Below, piece by piece: positions 50,153 to 59,327 of a stretch of DNA of 64,000 bases. The stretch is from positions 3,540 to 67,539 of the forward strand of contig JABDFC010000007.1 in the NCBI GenBank assembly GCA_013286785.1, written 5' to 3'. The notes beneath the pieces are model-generated. The model was not told where the DNA came from. It did not search any database and worked only from the letters and a program-made list of their open reading frames with translations. Position 1 is the stretch's first letter. The number at the start of each line of letters is the position of its first letter. Source of the DNA: Gammaproteobacteria bacterium (lineage in GTDB: Bacteria; Pseudomonadota; Gammaproteobacteria; UBA6186; Azoamicaceae). A program made the translations under genes and the position numbers.

Positions 50153-51261
50153 AATCCTACCTTCTGAAAATAGATAGAAAATAGTCCATCCAATATAAGT
50201 ACTAGGAAGATCGATTTGACAACAGAGATAGTTGTTTCTTTGCCGACGCTCTCTGACGAACCAGACACTTTCAGTCCATGCATGCAGCCTACTTGCGCAA
50301 TTACGAATGCGAATACGGGGGCTTTAATCATGCCTACTAGAAAATCCTTCCAAGTTACAGCATGACGCGCGCGTTCGAGATATTCCGGTAGAGCCATATC
50401 TATAAGCGACAGCGATATCATGGCACCACCAAACAAGCCCATGATATCGGCGAGTAGTGTCAGCAATGGCAGAGCAATTACCAAAGCGATCAGGCGAGGC
50501 AATACTAATAATTCAAACGGATCGAAACCAATTGAACGCAGTGCGTCAACCTCTTGGCGCACTTTCATAGCACCTATTTCTGCAGTAAAAGCACTACCGG
50601 AACGGCCTGCAATCATGATAGCTGTAAGTAACACGCCCATCTCTCGTAATACGGAAATCGCGATAAGATCGACAGTATACTGTTTCATCCCCAGTGGCTT
50701 CAGTTGTACTTGGCCTTGATAAGCAAGCACAATGCTGATAACGAAAGCAATTAAACTAATAATTAGAATCGCATCAATGCCAATAGCTTCCACATGATGT
50801 GTAATAGAAGCAAAGCGGAAACTCGTTGGGCGCTTTAAAGCCTTTACTAGCATCAACCAGGACCGTCCCATGAATGAAACAAGTTCATATGTGGCGGGCC
50901 AGATAGCCATAGTGGCTTTGCCAATACGCATTACTGTTCGCGCCCAAGACGATAAGCGCTTCTTTATAGGGGGGGACGCAAGATTCATCCCGTTTATCAG
51001 GTCAAAAAGTGCTTTATGTTCTGGATTGAAATTCTCAAGCTTGAACTGTTGTTTCGTAGCATTACATAAATTATGCAAGAGGAATGCTCCAGCAGTATCA
51101 AGGCGTGTTACTTCAGACAAGTCAATGATTATCGCTTTGTTATCTGAGACATTCATTTGTTGTAATATTTCTTTTGCTTGTTGAAAATGATGTAGATCTA
51201 ATGGGCCTTGAATACGGACCTGTCTGTCGTTTTGTTCAATGCGCAATTGCAAATGCGACAT
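50149..51261 (-). CDS. MlaE-family ABC permease with N-terminal STAS (MlaB-like) domain
   Basis: The N-terminal segment AIIIDLSEVTRLDTAGAFLL is STAS-like. The permease core is MKVRQEVDALRSIGFDPFELLVLPRLIALVIALPLLT. Confidence 0.85.
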   Translation of the reverse strand: MSHLQLRIEQNDRQVRIQGPLDLHHFQQAKEILQQMNVSDNKAIIIDLSEVTRLDTAGAFLLHNLCNATKQQFKLENFNPEHKALFDLINGMNLASPPIKKRLSSWARTVMRIGKATMAIWPATYELVSFMGRSWLMLVKALKRPTSFRFASITHHVEAIGIDAILIISLIAFVISIVLAYQGQVQLKPLGMKQYTVDLIAISVLREMGVLLTAIMIAGRSGSAFTAEIGAMKVRQEVDALRSIGFDPFELLVLPRLIALVIALPLLTLLADIMGLFGGAMISLSLIDMALPEYLERARHAVTWKDFLVGMIKAPVFAFVIAQVGCMHGLKVSGSSESVGKETTISVVKSIFLVLILDGLFSIYFQKVGL

Positions 51262-51636
51262 TCTGGACCTCTGGTTATTAACTCATTAAATTTATAATAT
51301 TACTTAGCTACTATTTGTGTCAATATTAGGCTCTAGCGGGACAAGGCTTACCTATGATTAGCTAGCTGCCCAAAAAAAGATCTTTTTTGCCTTACATTAG
51401 AGATCATTCAGTCGTGTTTCTAGATCAAAACTTTCTGGAGGAAGGGGTAAGTATAATCGAAAAATGAACTCTTTTTCTTTAATAACTCCCAACGCTTGGC
51501 TATAAGCATGGGAGGCATCAATGTCGAGCTGGATCAAGTCGTTCATGAGTGACTCTACTGTTTCATTAGACATAATAAACTCGATGATATAAGGTTGCTT
51601 AGTTTTATTTTACTTTAAATTAATTAGTATAGCATT

Positions 51637-51650
51637 TAGGGAAAACCCTA
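51637..51650. promoter_or_regulatory. dyad box TAGGGAAAACCCTA (site b)
   Basis: Lies 91 nt upstream of the ATG at 51741. Confidence 0.5.
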
Positions 51651-51740
51651 GAAATTAAGATCTAATGTAAAGGATGGACAACAATAATGTTTGTATGATA
51701 TGACTAATAGTAATCCTAATTTTTAAAAAGGAGATCTCTC

Positions 51741-52658
51741 ATGAGTCTATTCAATAAAACCGAAAATTCAAGATTTCAAGTTAATTCTTTTTCTTTGCCC
51801 TGGGGGGCTATTTTTTCTGGTGTGCTTGGAGTATTAATGGCAGAGTTGTTGTTAAATCTGCTGGGTGCAGGAATAGGACTTTCTATATTTTCGTTTAAAC
51901 CAGAGATGATTCGGCCTCTGAGTGCAACTGCTTTTTTTTGGTTTATGCTTGTTGGGATAATTTCAGTATATTTAGGAAGTTGGATTGCAGGTTGTATTGC
52001 GTCGTCAGAATCTAAAATGCGTAGTGCTATTTATGGTACGATGGTGGCTGGAATTTCTACATTGATTTCACTATTGCTGATGCTTACTACGATGGGCGCA
52101 CTCTTCACCAGTTCTTTGAGCATATTAGAAACGGTGATTTCATTTTCTAAATCCAGTTTCAACCAAGGTCCTTCAATCGTTGATAAAGGTTTACAGTATG
52201 TATCAAATCTGTCTCCAGAAGCCTCTCGAAAATTAAAAAACACAGTGCCTGACTTACAGCCGATTGTTGATAAAATTAATGAAAAAGCGGGAGCTTTACT
52301 CCCTAAAAATGTCGAGGAAGGTGAGGCCATTAAAACCCAATTAAACAAGCTTATTCAGGCTTACCTAGATTCAGATGATAAAACTTATGAAGAAACAAAA
52401 AAAGAATTGGCTAATAAATTAATACAAGCCACCGGCGAAAAACCCGAGGAAGTTAATAAAAAAGTTGAGGAATGGTATCAGATTTTTCAAAATGCTAAAG
52501 AGAAAGCGGCTCAAATGACAGAGGAGCTTGCTAGTAAAACAGCTAGCATATTAAGCCGAATGGCGCTTGTGAATTTTTTTATCTTATTAAGCACTTTTTT
52601 TGCTGCCATTTTTGGAGCAATTCATGGATCAAATTATAGTTATAGTAGGGAATTTTAG
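51741..52658 (+). CDS. hypothetical membrane protein with C-terminal charged coiled-coil region
   Basis: About 4 TM helices in the first 130 aa, a K/E-rich helical segment, then a terminal TM helix. No family was recognised. Confidence 0.5.
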   Translation: MSLFNKTENSRFQVNSFSLPWGAIFSGVLGVLMAELLLNLLGAGIGLSIFSFKPEMIRPLSATAFFWFMLVGIISVYLGSWIAGCIASSESKMRSAIYGTMVAGISTLISLLLMLTTMGALFTSSLSILETVISFSKSSFNQGPSIVDKGLQYVSNLSPEASRKLKNTVPDLQPIVDKINEKAGALLPKNVEEGEAIKTQLNKLIQAYLDSDDKTYEETKKELANKLIQATGEKPEEVNKKVEEWYQIFQNAKEKAAQMTEELASKTASILSRMALVNFFILLSTFFAAIFGAIHGSNYSYSREF

Positions 52659-52780
52659 CAGTCTAAGGTGTCAGGAACTGGAAAAATAGCTTGCTGTCTG
52701 ACACCTGGCTCCCCTAGTTCCGTGTGTGTACTTGAAATCCTTTGCATTAATTTTGTAAAATAAAAAAAAAGGAAGGTTTT

Positions 52781-53467
52781 ATGAAAATTCAGTGTATCAC
52801 TCATGCCGACTTTGAAACCCCAGGTGTCATTCAGGATTGGGCCAAAAATCAAAACTTCGATTTTCAAATCTGCAAACCCTATCAAGGAGAAAATTGCCTA
52901 AACGCAGGTTATCATGATCTCTTAATTGTTATGGGAGGTCCGCAAAGCCCCATAGAAATTGAACATTACCCATACCTGGCAGATGAAATCACACTCATTC
53001 AACAATCGATTCAAGCGAAGAAAAAGATCCTGGGGTTTTGCTTGGGAGCTCAGCTTATTGGTGAAGCATTTGGAGGAAGAACGGAGCGAAGTCCAGAAAA
53101 AGAAATTGGGTTTTATCCCATCGAATTAACAGAAGCTGGCAGGACAGATCCCCTGTTAGAGGGCATGCCTTCAACCTTTGGGGTTATCCATTGGCACAAT
53201 GATATGCCTGGTTTGACGAGTGGATCTGTGGTCCTTGCGACAAGTGAGGGTTGTCCTAGGCAAATTGTTCGCTATAGCCCTTATGCTTATGGATTCCAAT
53301 GCCACCTCGAAATAACAGCTCCTGGGATTAAGCAATTACTTGCTGCCTGTCCGCAGGATTTAGAGCCCAGTCGTTTTACTCAAACGCGTGTTCAACTAGA
53401 GCAGGAGCGAACGGAAGCGATTAATCAAAATATGAAACAGATACTGGATCGTTTTATAAATCTTTAA
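52781..53467 (+). CDS. class I glutamine amidotransferase-like protein
   Basis: Nucleophile elbow ILGFCLGAQLIGEAFGG and a His-x-Glu pair in GFQCHLE. Confidence 0.8.
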   Translation: MKIQCITHADFETPGVIQDWAKNQNFDFQICKPYQGENCLNAGYHDLLIVMGGPQSPIEIEHYPYLADEITLIQQSIQAKKKILGFCLGAQLIGEAFGGRTERSPEKEIGFYPIELTEAGRTDPLLEGMPSTFGVIHWHNDMPGLTSGSVVLATSEGCPRQIVRYSPYAYGFQCHLEITAPGIKQLLAACPQDLEPSRFTQTRVQLEQERTEAINQNMKQILDRFINL

Positions 53468-53527
53468 CCGTTATGAGTGATTGACATTCTCTGCTTACAT
53501 TTTAGCAACTCATTTTCGTTTGAATAT

Positions 53528-53992
53528 TCAAAATTTAAAGCGTACAACCGGCAGAATTCTTCCTGGGATCAATTTTGATTCTTGTTCTCTAATGACACTC
53601 GCGCCTAACTTCAAATAAAAGGGTAAAGCATTTGGATCGGCTTCGATGGTGAAAGAGGAAATACCTCGGTTTAAAGCTTCCTGTTTGATGGATTTCCATA
53701 ACATTCGACCGTATCCTTGCCTTATATACTCCGGTGCAACCGATAATAAACCAGCAGTAACTTCTTCTGTTTCGATTACGGGACGATTCCAAAAAGCAAT
53801 TATTTTTCCGTTAGATTCCACAACACAAGAAATCGAATTTTTTAGCAATTCGACAGTAACTGTTAACTCCTCATTCCAAGCACTAAGCCATTCATCGGGG
53901 TAACCCCAATATGCTTTTGAACGAAAAGCAAGCCGAGTCATTTCCTCTGCATCCTCTGGCCTTCCTGCTCTTATTTTATAGGAATTTACCAT
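53528..53992 (-). CDS. GNAT family N-acetyltransferase
   Basis: 154 aa with motif A region YIRQGYGRMLWKSIKQEALNRG and C-terminal ALPFYLKLGA. Confidence 0.8.
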   Translation of the reverse strand: MVNSYKIRAGRPEDAEEMTRLAFRSKAYWGYPDEWLSAWNEELTVTVELLKNSISCVVESNGKIIAFWNRPVIETEEVTAGLLSVAPEYIRQGYGRMLWKSIKQEALNRGISSFTIEADPNALPFYLKLGASVIREQESKLIPGRILPVVRFKF

Positions 53993-54310
53993 ATGGAACT
54001 GGCTCTAGTATAAAGATTGATTCATAAATTATCCGGTTTTAGTTTAGACTTGTCAAATTACCCTTTAGCCATCAGTCAAAAGTGAGCTTTCATATGCTTT
54101 TTTTACTAAAAAAATATCGGGTTATATCTAGACGAACGGCGATTTGAAAGTGTTCAGGTCATTAAGGGATGAGGTTGGTTCGAGGGAAAGGCTAGATTTA
54201 AAATAATGTGAGAAATTAAGGCGTTACCTTCGATAATGATGACTATTGAAAGGGTGATTCTTAACTGATAGTATGTTTGTTATTATATGTATTGGGTAGG
54301 AGCATAAACT

Positions 54311-54652
54311 ATGGCGGTAAGTGCAAAAAGCTTGGCTGAGCAGCTTGCTGCATTAGAAATACAGTTGGAAGAACATGAACAGGCACTCACTGCAGCACAG
54401 GACAATTATAGGCTTGTAATGGCAGAACAAGCTGGTGCTGAAGAATCTGCAGGCAATACACATGGTACAACTGGCAAGAAATCAGACGTTTTATTTTCTG
54501 TCATACGTGGGTTGGCTTCTGCACAAGCAAGAGTTACCGATGATAAAATACAGTTGGCAACGCTTCATATTGCGATGAATGCAGAAGAGTCTGGTGCAGG
54601 AGTTCAACCGTTCGAAGACATAGAAGCTAAACCTACCTTAAAAGGTGCCTAA
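54311..54652 (+). CDS. hypothetical coiled-coil protein
   Basis: 113-aa ORF, Ala/Glu/Gln-rich and helical. No recognisable family. Confidence 0.4.
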   Translation: MAVSAKSLAEQLAALEIQLEEHEQALTAAQDNYRLVMAEQAGAEESAGNTHGTTGKKSDVLFSVIRGLASAQARVTDDKIQLATLHIAMNAEESGAGVQPFEDIEAKPTLKGA

Positions 54653-55032
54653 TCAATAGAAATAAACACTTAGAGCAAAAATAATCTTAATAGGAGAAAG
54701 TGTTGACTTGTCAAAAAGAAATCCCGGTGAAAACCAAGACCCCAATGATGAAAGCAATCACTATGATACGTGCAAGCAGCATTTTTGAATGGCTATTTCA
54801 GACTTGCGTTTAATCCTTCCCAACCGCTGCCAATCGTCAAAATAAGCCCAACTGCTGTTGTCATACGGCGGCCATCAATATCAATTGCATTTTTCTTGGC
54901 ACTCAAAAAAGCTCATTGAGAGTCGAATTGAAGATGATCCTGTTTATTATGAGCAAATTGGTTGGAAACTAGATAACTTTTTCGTAGAATAATATACCTA
55001 ATTGAAGAGTCGAATGAGTGATTTAAATTCAA

Positions 55033-56070
55033 CTACACTGTCACCCATTTTGCTTGTTCATTTGAGCGATAGGCGGCATCGAGTAATCTTTGCACTCTTA
55101 AACCTTCCTCAAAACTAGGGACTTCGGGTATACCGGTTTCGATCCAGTCCAAGAATCTTGTTGCCAGTATGGAGACTGCTTCAATTCGGCTTTGTAATGG
55201 GTTTTCGTTTGGTTTTTCTAGTGCCGAAATCAATTCTAATTGCTTACTCTTGCGTGTTCCCAGGAATAATTGAAAACCTCGAATATCTTTGGTTGAGCAT
55301 GCTAAAATTAAAGTGCCTTCTTCTCCGGAAAACTCGATTCTATAACCCATTCCAAATAAGGTCGTCCGACTGACCGTAATACTGGCTGGAATTCCGGATG
55401 CAAATTCTAAGCCGATAATATCAAAGGTATCGCCATTAGGATTATTTTTGAGTGTTGAAAACAGGCTAGCGCTTAAACGATTCACGGGACCCGCATACCA
55501 TTCTAATGCGTGAAAAAAATGACTTAAAATATCATATAACGTACCAGAGCCTTGCCCTTTATTAGCTCTCCAACTGTTAATTAGTAGGTTAGGTGGTGTT
55601 TCACTGATGTATTGCACAACGATGTGAGACAAACGCCCAATGCCGCCTGTATCGATAATTTCTTTGACTTTGATCCAAGGAGCTAAAGCGGCTAAGTTAA
55701 AATTCACTAAATGAGCTGTAGAAGCGTTGAGAGCCGCTTGGTGCATTTTTTGTGCTTGCTCTAAGGTGGCTGCTAAGGGTTTTTCACCGAAAACAGCTTT
55801 TCCATTTGCAAAGGCCGCAATGGCAATATCAGGCTGTAGGGATGGTGGGACTGCGATAGTGACTGCATCAATTTCTTTGTCGTCGATGATCTCTTTCCAG
55901 TGCCCATAGATCTTAGGAAGTCGGTGTTCTGTGGCTAATTTTTCTGATCGTTCGGCACTGGAAGCCACAATCCCATTGATTTGGCAACGAGGATCTGATT
56001 TAAAGGCAGGCACATGAACGGATGATGCAAAATTGCCTCCGATAACACCGATTCGAATGGGAGTGTTCAT
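55033..56070 (-). CDS. Gfo/Idh/MocA family oxidoreductase
   Basis: IRIGVIGGNFASSVHVPAF Rossmann N-terminus and GKAVFGEKPLA motif. Confidence 0.85.
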   Translation of the reverse strand: MNTPIRIGVIGGNFASSVHVPAFKSDPRCQINGIVASSAERSEKLATEHRLPKIYGHWKEIIDDKEIDAVTIAVPPSLQPDIAIAAFANGKAVFGEKPLAATLEQAQKMHQAALNASTAHLVNFNLAALAPWIKVKEIIDTGGIGRLSHIVVQYISETPPNLLINSWRANKGQGSGTLYDILSHFFHALEWYAGPVNRLSASLFSTLKNNPNGDTFDIIGLEFASGIPASITVSRTTLFGMGYRIEFSGEEGTLILACSTKDIRGFQLFLGTRKSKQLELISALEKPNENPLQSRIEAVSILATRFLDWIETGIPEVPSFEEGLRVQRLLDAAYRSNEQAKWVTV

Positions 56071-56349
56071 TAACTAATCCTTATCATTCATTAAGCCAAT
56101 GGTGTGTTGTGAATTGTGATCTGGCCGATAGCCTTTATTATCTAGCATTTGAACTTCATTGGATCTGATTCCACCGGAAAACAAGTATCATGCAAACAGC
56201 AGGGGGCACAGGAAGCAAGTTTTTTAACTTTCATTTATGGGTGTCACCCTTTGTTAAAGTTTTTTCCGGAAAAATGATTTTAGGTGGAAAAGAATTTAAA
56301 CACAAATTTAACTGAAAATATGGGGTAAATTTAATTGATAGAGTTCTGG

Positions 56350-56871
56350 TTAGGATAAGTCTTTTAGCATCCAAGTTTCGTTAGTTGCAGGATTTTCCTT
56401 CATTTTTTTAAAGCCGGCCTTCTCGTAAGCACGAATAGCAGCAATGTTGCGTCGATCGGGATCCGCAAAGACCGCTTGATAGTTTCCCTTAAAAAACGTT
56501 CCCCAAAAAAGTGTGAGAGCGAGAGATCCTATTCCTTTACTAAGATATTCTTGATCTCCGATTAATATATCAAAAGCTGCCAAATATTCAGGTAAATCGC
56601 TTAATGGTGAGCTTCTGGGAAAGTCATAGGCATTGTAGACTTGAATATAACCAATAGGGTGATCATCAGCTTCGATGATAAACGCATGAATGGTTTTAAC
56701 GACGCCATTCTCAAGTTTATATCCCTGCACATAACTGCGGTACTTATTTCGAATTTGTTCTTCTGTCCACAGGATATCTGGGTCCCACCAAGTTTTTACA
56801 TGAGGTTTCTCAAGCCATTTGAGGAGCAACGGAAAATGAGATTCAAGCAGAGGTTTGAATGAAATTTCCAT
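56350..56871 (-). CDS. AAC(6')-Ib-like GNAT N-acetyltransferase
   Basis: LLESHFPLLLKWLEKPHVKTWWD parallels the AAC(6')-Ib N-terminal ...LYEWLNRSHIVEWWGG. The C-terminal NIAAIRAYEKAGFKK is also matched. Its start overlaps the upstream stop by 1 nt (TAATG). Confidence 0.7.
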   Translation of the reverse strand: MEISFKPLLESHFPLLLKWLEKPHVKTWWDPDILWTEEQIRNKYRSYVQGYKLENGVVKTIHAFIIEADDHPIGYIQVYNAYDFPRSSPLSDLPEYLAAFDILIGDQEYLSKGIGSLALTLFWGTFFKGNYQAVFADPDRRNIAAIRAYEKAGFKKMKENPATNETWMLKDLS

Positions 56872-57491
56872 TATTGAACAAATTTTCTCATGTTGTGGAA
56901 TCCAACAGGGGTGGGATTTTGAGCAATGAACTCAATTATTTTGTGAGCGTTAACAAAAGGGGAAGTATGAGTAGAGTCCACTTTAAGATCATATTCTCGG
57001 ATTCCATCATGAACACGGTCTATTTGATCATTTGCAAGACCAATAGCTCGATCTCTTCTTAAAATTTCACGTTCCTGCAAACTTTTGAGATCACAAAAGA
57101 CCCCAACAAAATATACGGTGTGTGAATTTAAGTGATACACATAGGACTTTAGGATTTCATTTCCGAATAACACTTCGTCGATGATCAGGTTGTTACCTTG
57201 ATCAGCCAGTAATTGGGCAATGGCGGGCGCTGAATCAAAGAACTTTTCACCTAAAGGACCATTTTCTATTTGTATCAAAGATCCACGTTCGTTTTTTCTC
57301 GGAGTGAAAGAGAAATAACCGTTTTTGGCTTGCTCTCCAAATCCAATAAATTTATCAGGGACCATGTCAATAAATATATCGAGCCCAAGACGAAGCCATG
57401 GAGTATCACTTAAGTGCTGAATACTGTGAGCGATAGACGTTTTTCCAGCAGAACTGCAGCCATTTAAAAAAATTAACAGACTCATATTCAC
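56871..57491 (-). CDS. chloramphenicol phosphotransferase-like (CPT family) P-loop kinase
   Basis: LIFLNGCSSAGKTSIAHSIQ...PWLRLGLD matches the CPT N-terminus IILNGGSSAGKS...PWLAFGVD. Confidence 0.75.
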   Translation of the reverse strand: MNMSLLIFLNGCSSAGKTSIAHSIQHLSDTPWLRLGLDIFIDMVPDKFIGFGEQAKNGYFSFTPRKNERGSLIQIENGPLGEKFFDSAPAIAQLLADQGNNLIIDEVLFGNEILKSYVYHLNSHTVYFVGVFCDLKSLQEREILRRDRAIGLANDQIDRVHDGIREYDLKVDSTHTSPFVNAHKIIEFIAQNPTPVGFHNMRKFVQ

Positions 57492-57620
57492 CTTTCTCTT
57501 GAAAAAACCCGCGATTTAAACGCTAAATTGAAGTGATGACACAGTGTGGCTCAATGTATCACCTCTTTTTAATTGTGTCAACGTGTGGATTATAAAAAAT
57601 GATGACAATAACCTAAAAAA

Positions 57621-58088
57621 TCAAAGGCCTTTTGCAATTGTAATATGCCAATCTACCGCTATGCCATGATAGACTGGTGTATCAGAAAAGCCATATTTCT
57701 TTCTGATTGTAACGAGTTCATTAGATTCTACCAATAATATAAAAAAAAGGTTTGTGTCAATCTGAGCTGAATACAGCCCAAGGATATTAAAAAGATAAAG
57801 GGACCCAAGTTCATTCACTTCGAATGGCGTGGACAGTTCATCTTGGTAGATAACCGATATATGAGCCCCGATGTTATAGGGATCCGAAAAATAGGGTGGC
57901 AATTGTTTTTGCTTGGTGTTTAACAGTGGGAAGAGACTGGTAATAAAGTGGTCATCTATCTTTAAATAGAGGTAGCCTTCATTGGCTTGTGTCAGTGTGC
58001 CTTGTAAGGCGAAGTGGCTAATTGCATATGTCACAATCTCCGGTTGTTCGAGTGGTTTAAGAATTATCCCAGTTGTTTTTGCATTCAT
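57621..58088 (-). CDS. possible 2H-phosphoesterase superfamily protein
   Basis: Two H-x-[ST]-x tetrapeptides flanked by hydrophobics, GAHISVIY (about aa 76) and DWHITIAKG (about aa 148), with spacing compatible with LigT-like enzymes. Confidence 0.4.
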   Translation of the reverse strand: MNAKTTGIILKPLEQPEIVTYAISHFALQGTLTQANEGYLYLKIDDHFITSLFPLLNTKQKQLPPYFSDPYNIGAHISVIYQDELSTPFEVNELGSLYLFNILGLYSAQIDTNLFFILLVESNELVTIRKKYGFSDTPVYHGIAVDWHITIAKGL

Positions 58089-58238
58089 ACAAAGACAATA
58101 GCCTTTAGTTTACTGTCATGATATAGATATTTTTATGAGGCATCGCCCATTAGCCGTAATAGCAAGGAACCAAGTTATTATTTTAGCACTAGATATGGTA
58201 ATAATACAACTTAAAACATGATAAATGAATGTGGCGAA

Positions 58239-58252
58239 TAGGGAAATTCCTA
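58239..58252. promoter_or_regulatory. dyad box TAGGGAAATTCCTA (site c)
   Basis: Lies in the divergent region between 58088 (minus) and 58317 (plus). It is identical to site a. Confidence 0.5.
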
Positions 58253-58316
58253 GTTTTCCAGTTGAATAATATTTGTTAGGATAAATACAGATAGGTTAAT
58301 GGAATGGGAGAATTTT

Positions 58317-58547
58317 ATGTCGATAACCACAAAAGCTCATCGAACCGCTAAAGAAGCTGGAAAAAAATTAGAGAAAGCAGGGGAAACCTTAAAAAAGAAG
58401 CATGTGGATGCTGGCCAAAAAATGAGTGAGGTTATTCACTCCCTGGGTGACAAAATAAAAAAAAGGGGAAGCAGCCTAAAATCTCGTGAAAGATGGAAAG
58501 AAATCAAATCTAAAGTCAAAGACCTGGTTAAGGAAGCTAAAAAATAG
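58317..58547 (+). CDS. small lysine-rich basic protein
   Basis: 76 aa from the ATG that follows GGGAGA by 5 nt. Roughly a quarter of residues are Lys (KKLEKAGETLKKKH..., KSKVKDLVKEAKK). Confidence 0.5.
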   Translation: MSITTKAHRTAKEAGKKLEKAGETLKKKHVDAGQKMSEVIHSLGDKIKKRGSSLKSRERWKEIKSKVKDLVKEAKK

Positions 58548-58612
58548 CCATTATAGATATGAAAATTATTCACTTTGTTTCGATCTCAGGAACATTGAGG
58601 AGGAGATTTTTT

Positions 58613-59218
58613 ATGAATAAAGGTATGCGTCGTTTGTGTGTCGCAATCATTATGATGACAACCGAGGACATCCTTGCCGAAGAAGTTTGTCATCCTGGGG
58701 ACGGTCCTTACGCTTCGATAGGAGTAGGAATATCTAAGATTCAGAGTTGGAAAAGAAGCGCAATGCAAGAGGACACTCATTTTCACACCAATCCGGGGTT
58801 TAGAGTCGCGATTGGGAGTCAATTTTCTATTTTTAGAGTTGAATTTGAACCTTCTTATTCGAGAGCGCATTATACAACTGGATCCAGTTCAGGACACTTA
58901 AATTTAATTTCAACGCTGGGAAACTTTTATTTGGGTTTGCCGTTTGAAGGTCACTTTGCGACCTATCCAGTCGCGCCCTATGTTGCAGGAGGTGTAGGTT
59001 TTTCGAGTGTCAGAGCTAACTTTAATCCGCTGCAAGTTCAAAACCAAGGGCACAGTACGGTACTTTCTTATCAAGGTATTGCAGGGGTTCGGTTTGCCCT
59101 GAATGACAAAGTTGGTTTAAATGTAGAATATCGTTATTTTTCAACTGAAAAACTAAACTATACGGGAAGAAGGATCGAATCGCACTCAGCGAACCTTGGC
59201 CTCACTTATCGATTTTAA
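58613..59218 (+). CDS. small outer-membrane beta-barrel protein, paralogue of 43364-43978
   Basis: Start chosen at MNKGMRRL, after GGAGGA. The C-terminus is ...NLGLTYRF, and conserved blocks are shared with the first copy. Confidence 0.75.
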   Translation: MNKGMRRLCVAIIMMTTEDILAEEVCHPGDGPYASIGVGISKIQSWKRSAMQEDTHFHTNPGFRVAIGSQFSIFRVEFEPSYSRAHYTTGSSSGHLNLISTLGNFYLGLPFEGHFATYPVAPYVAGGVGFSSVRANFNPLQVQNQGHSTVLSYQGIAGVRFALNDKVGLNVEYRYFSTEKLNYTGRRIESHSANLGLTYRF

Positions 59219-59275
59219 CTCTCAAAAATCGCATGGTGAGGTCTCATAATAAAAATGACTTCTTCTAAGTTTATC

Positions 59276-59306
59276 AGCCCAGATACATCAACCTGGGCTT
59301 TTTTTT
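59276..59306 (+). terminator. rho-independent terminator
   Basis: Stem agcccag/ctgggct with a 10-nt loop, followed by a run of 8 T. Confidence 0.7.
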
Positions 59307-59327
59307 GGCGGTAGCTTTAGATATCTT

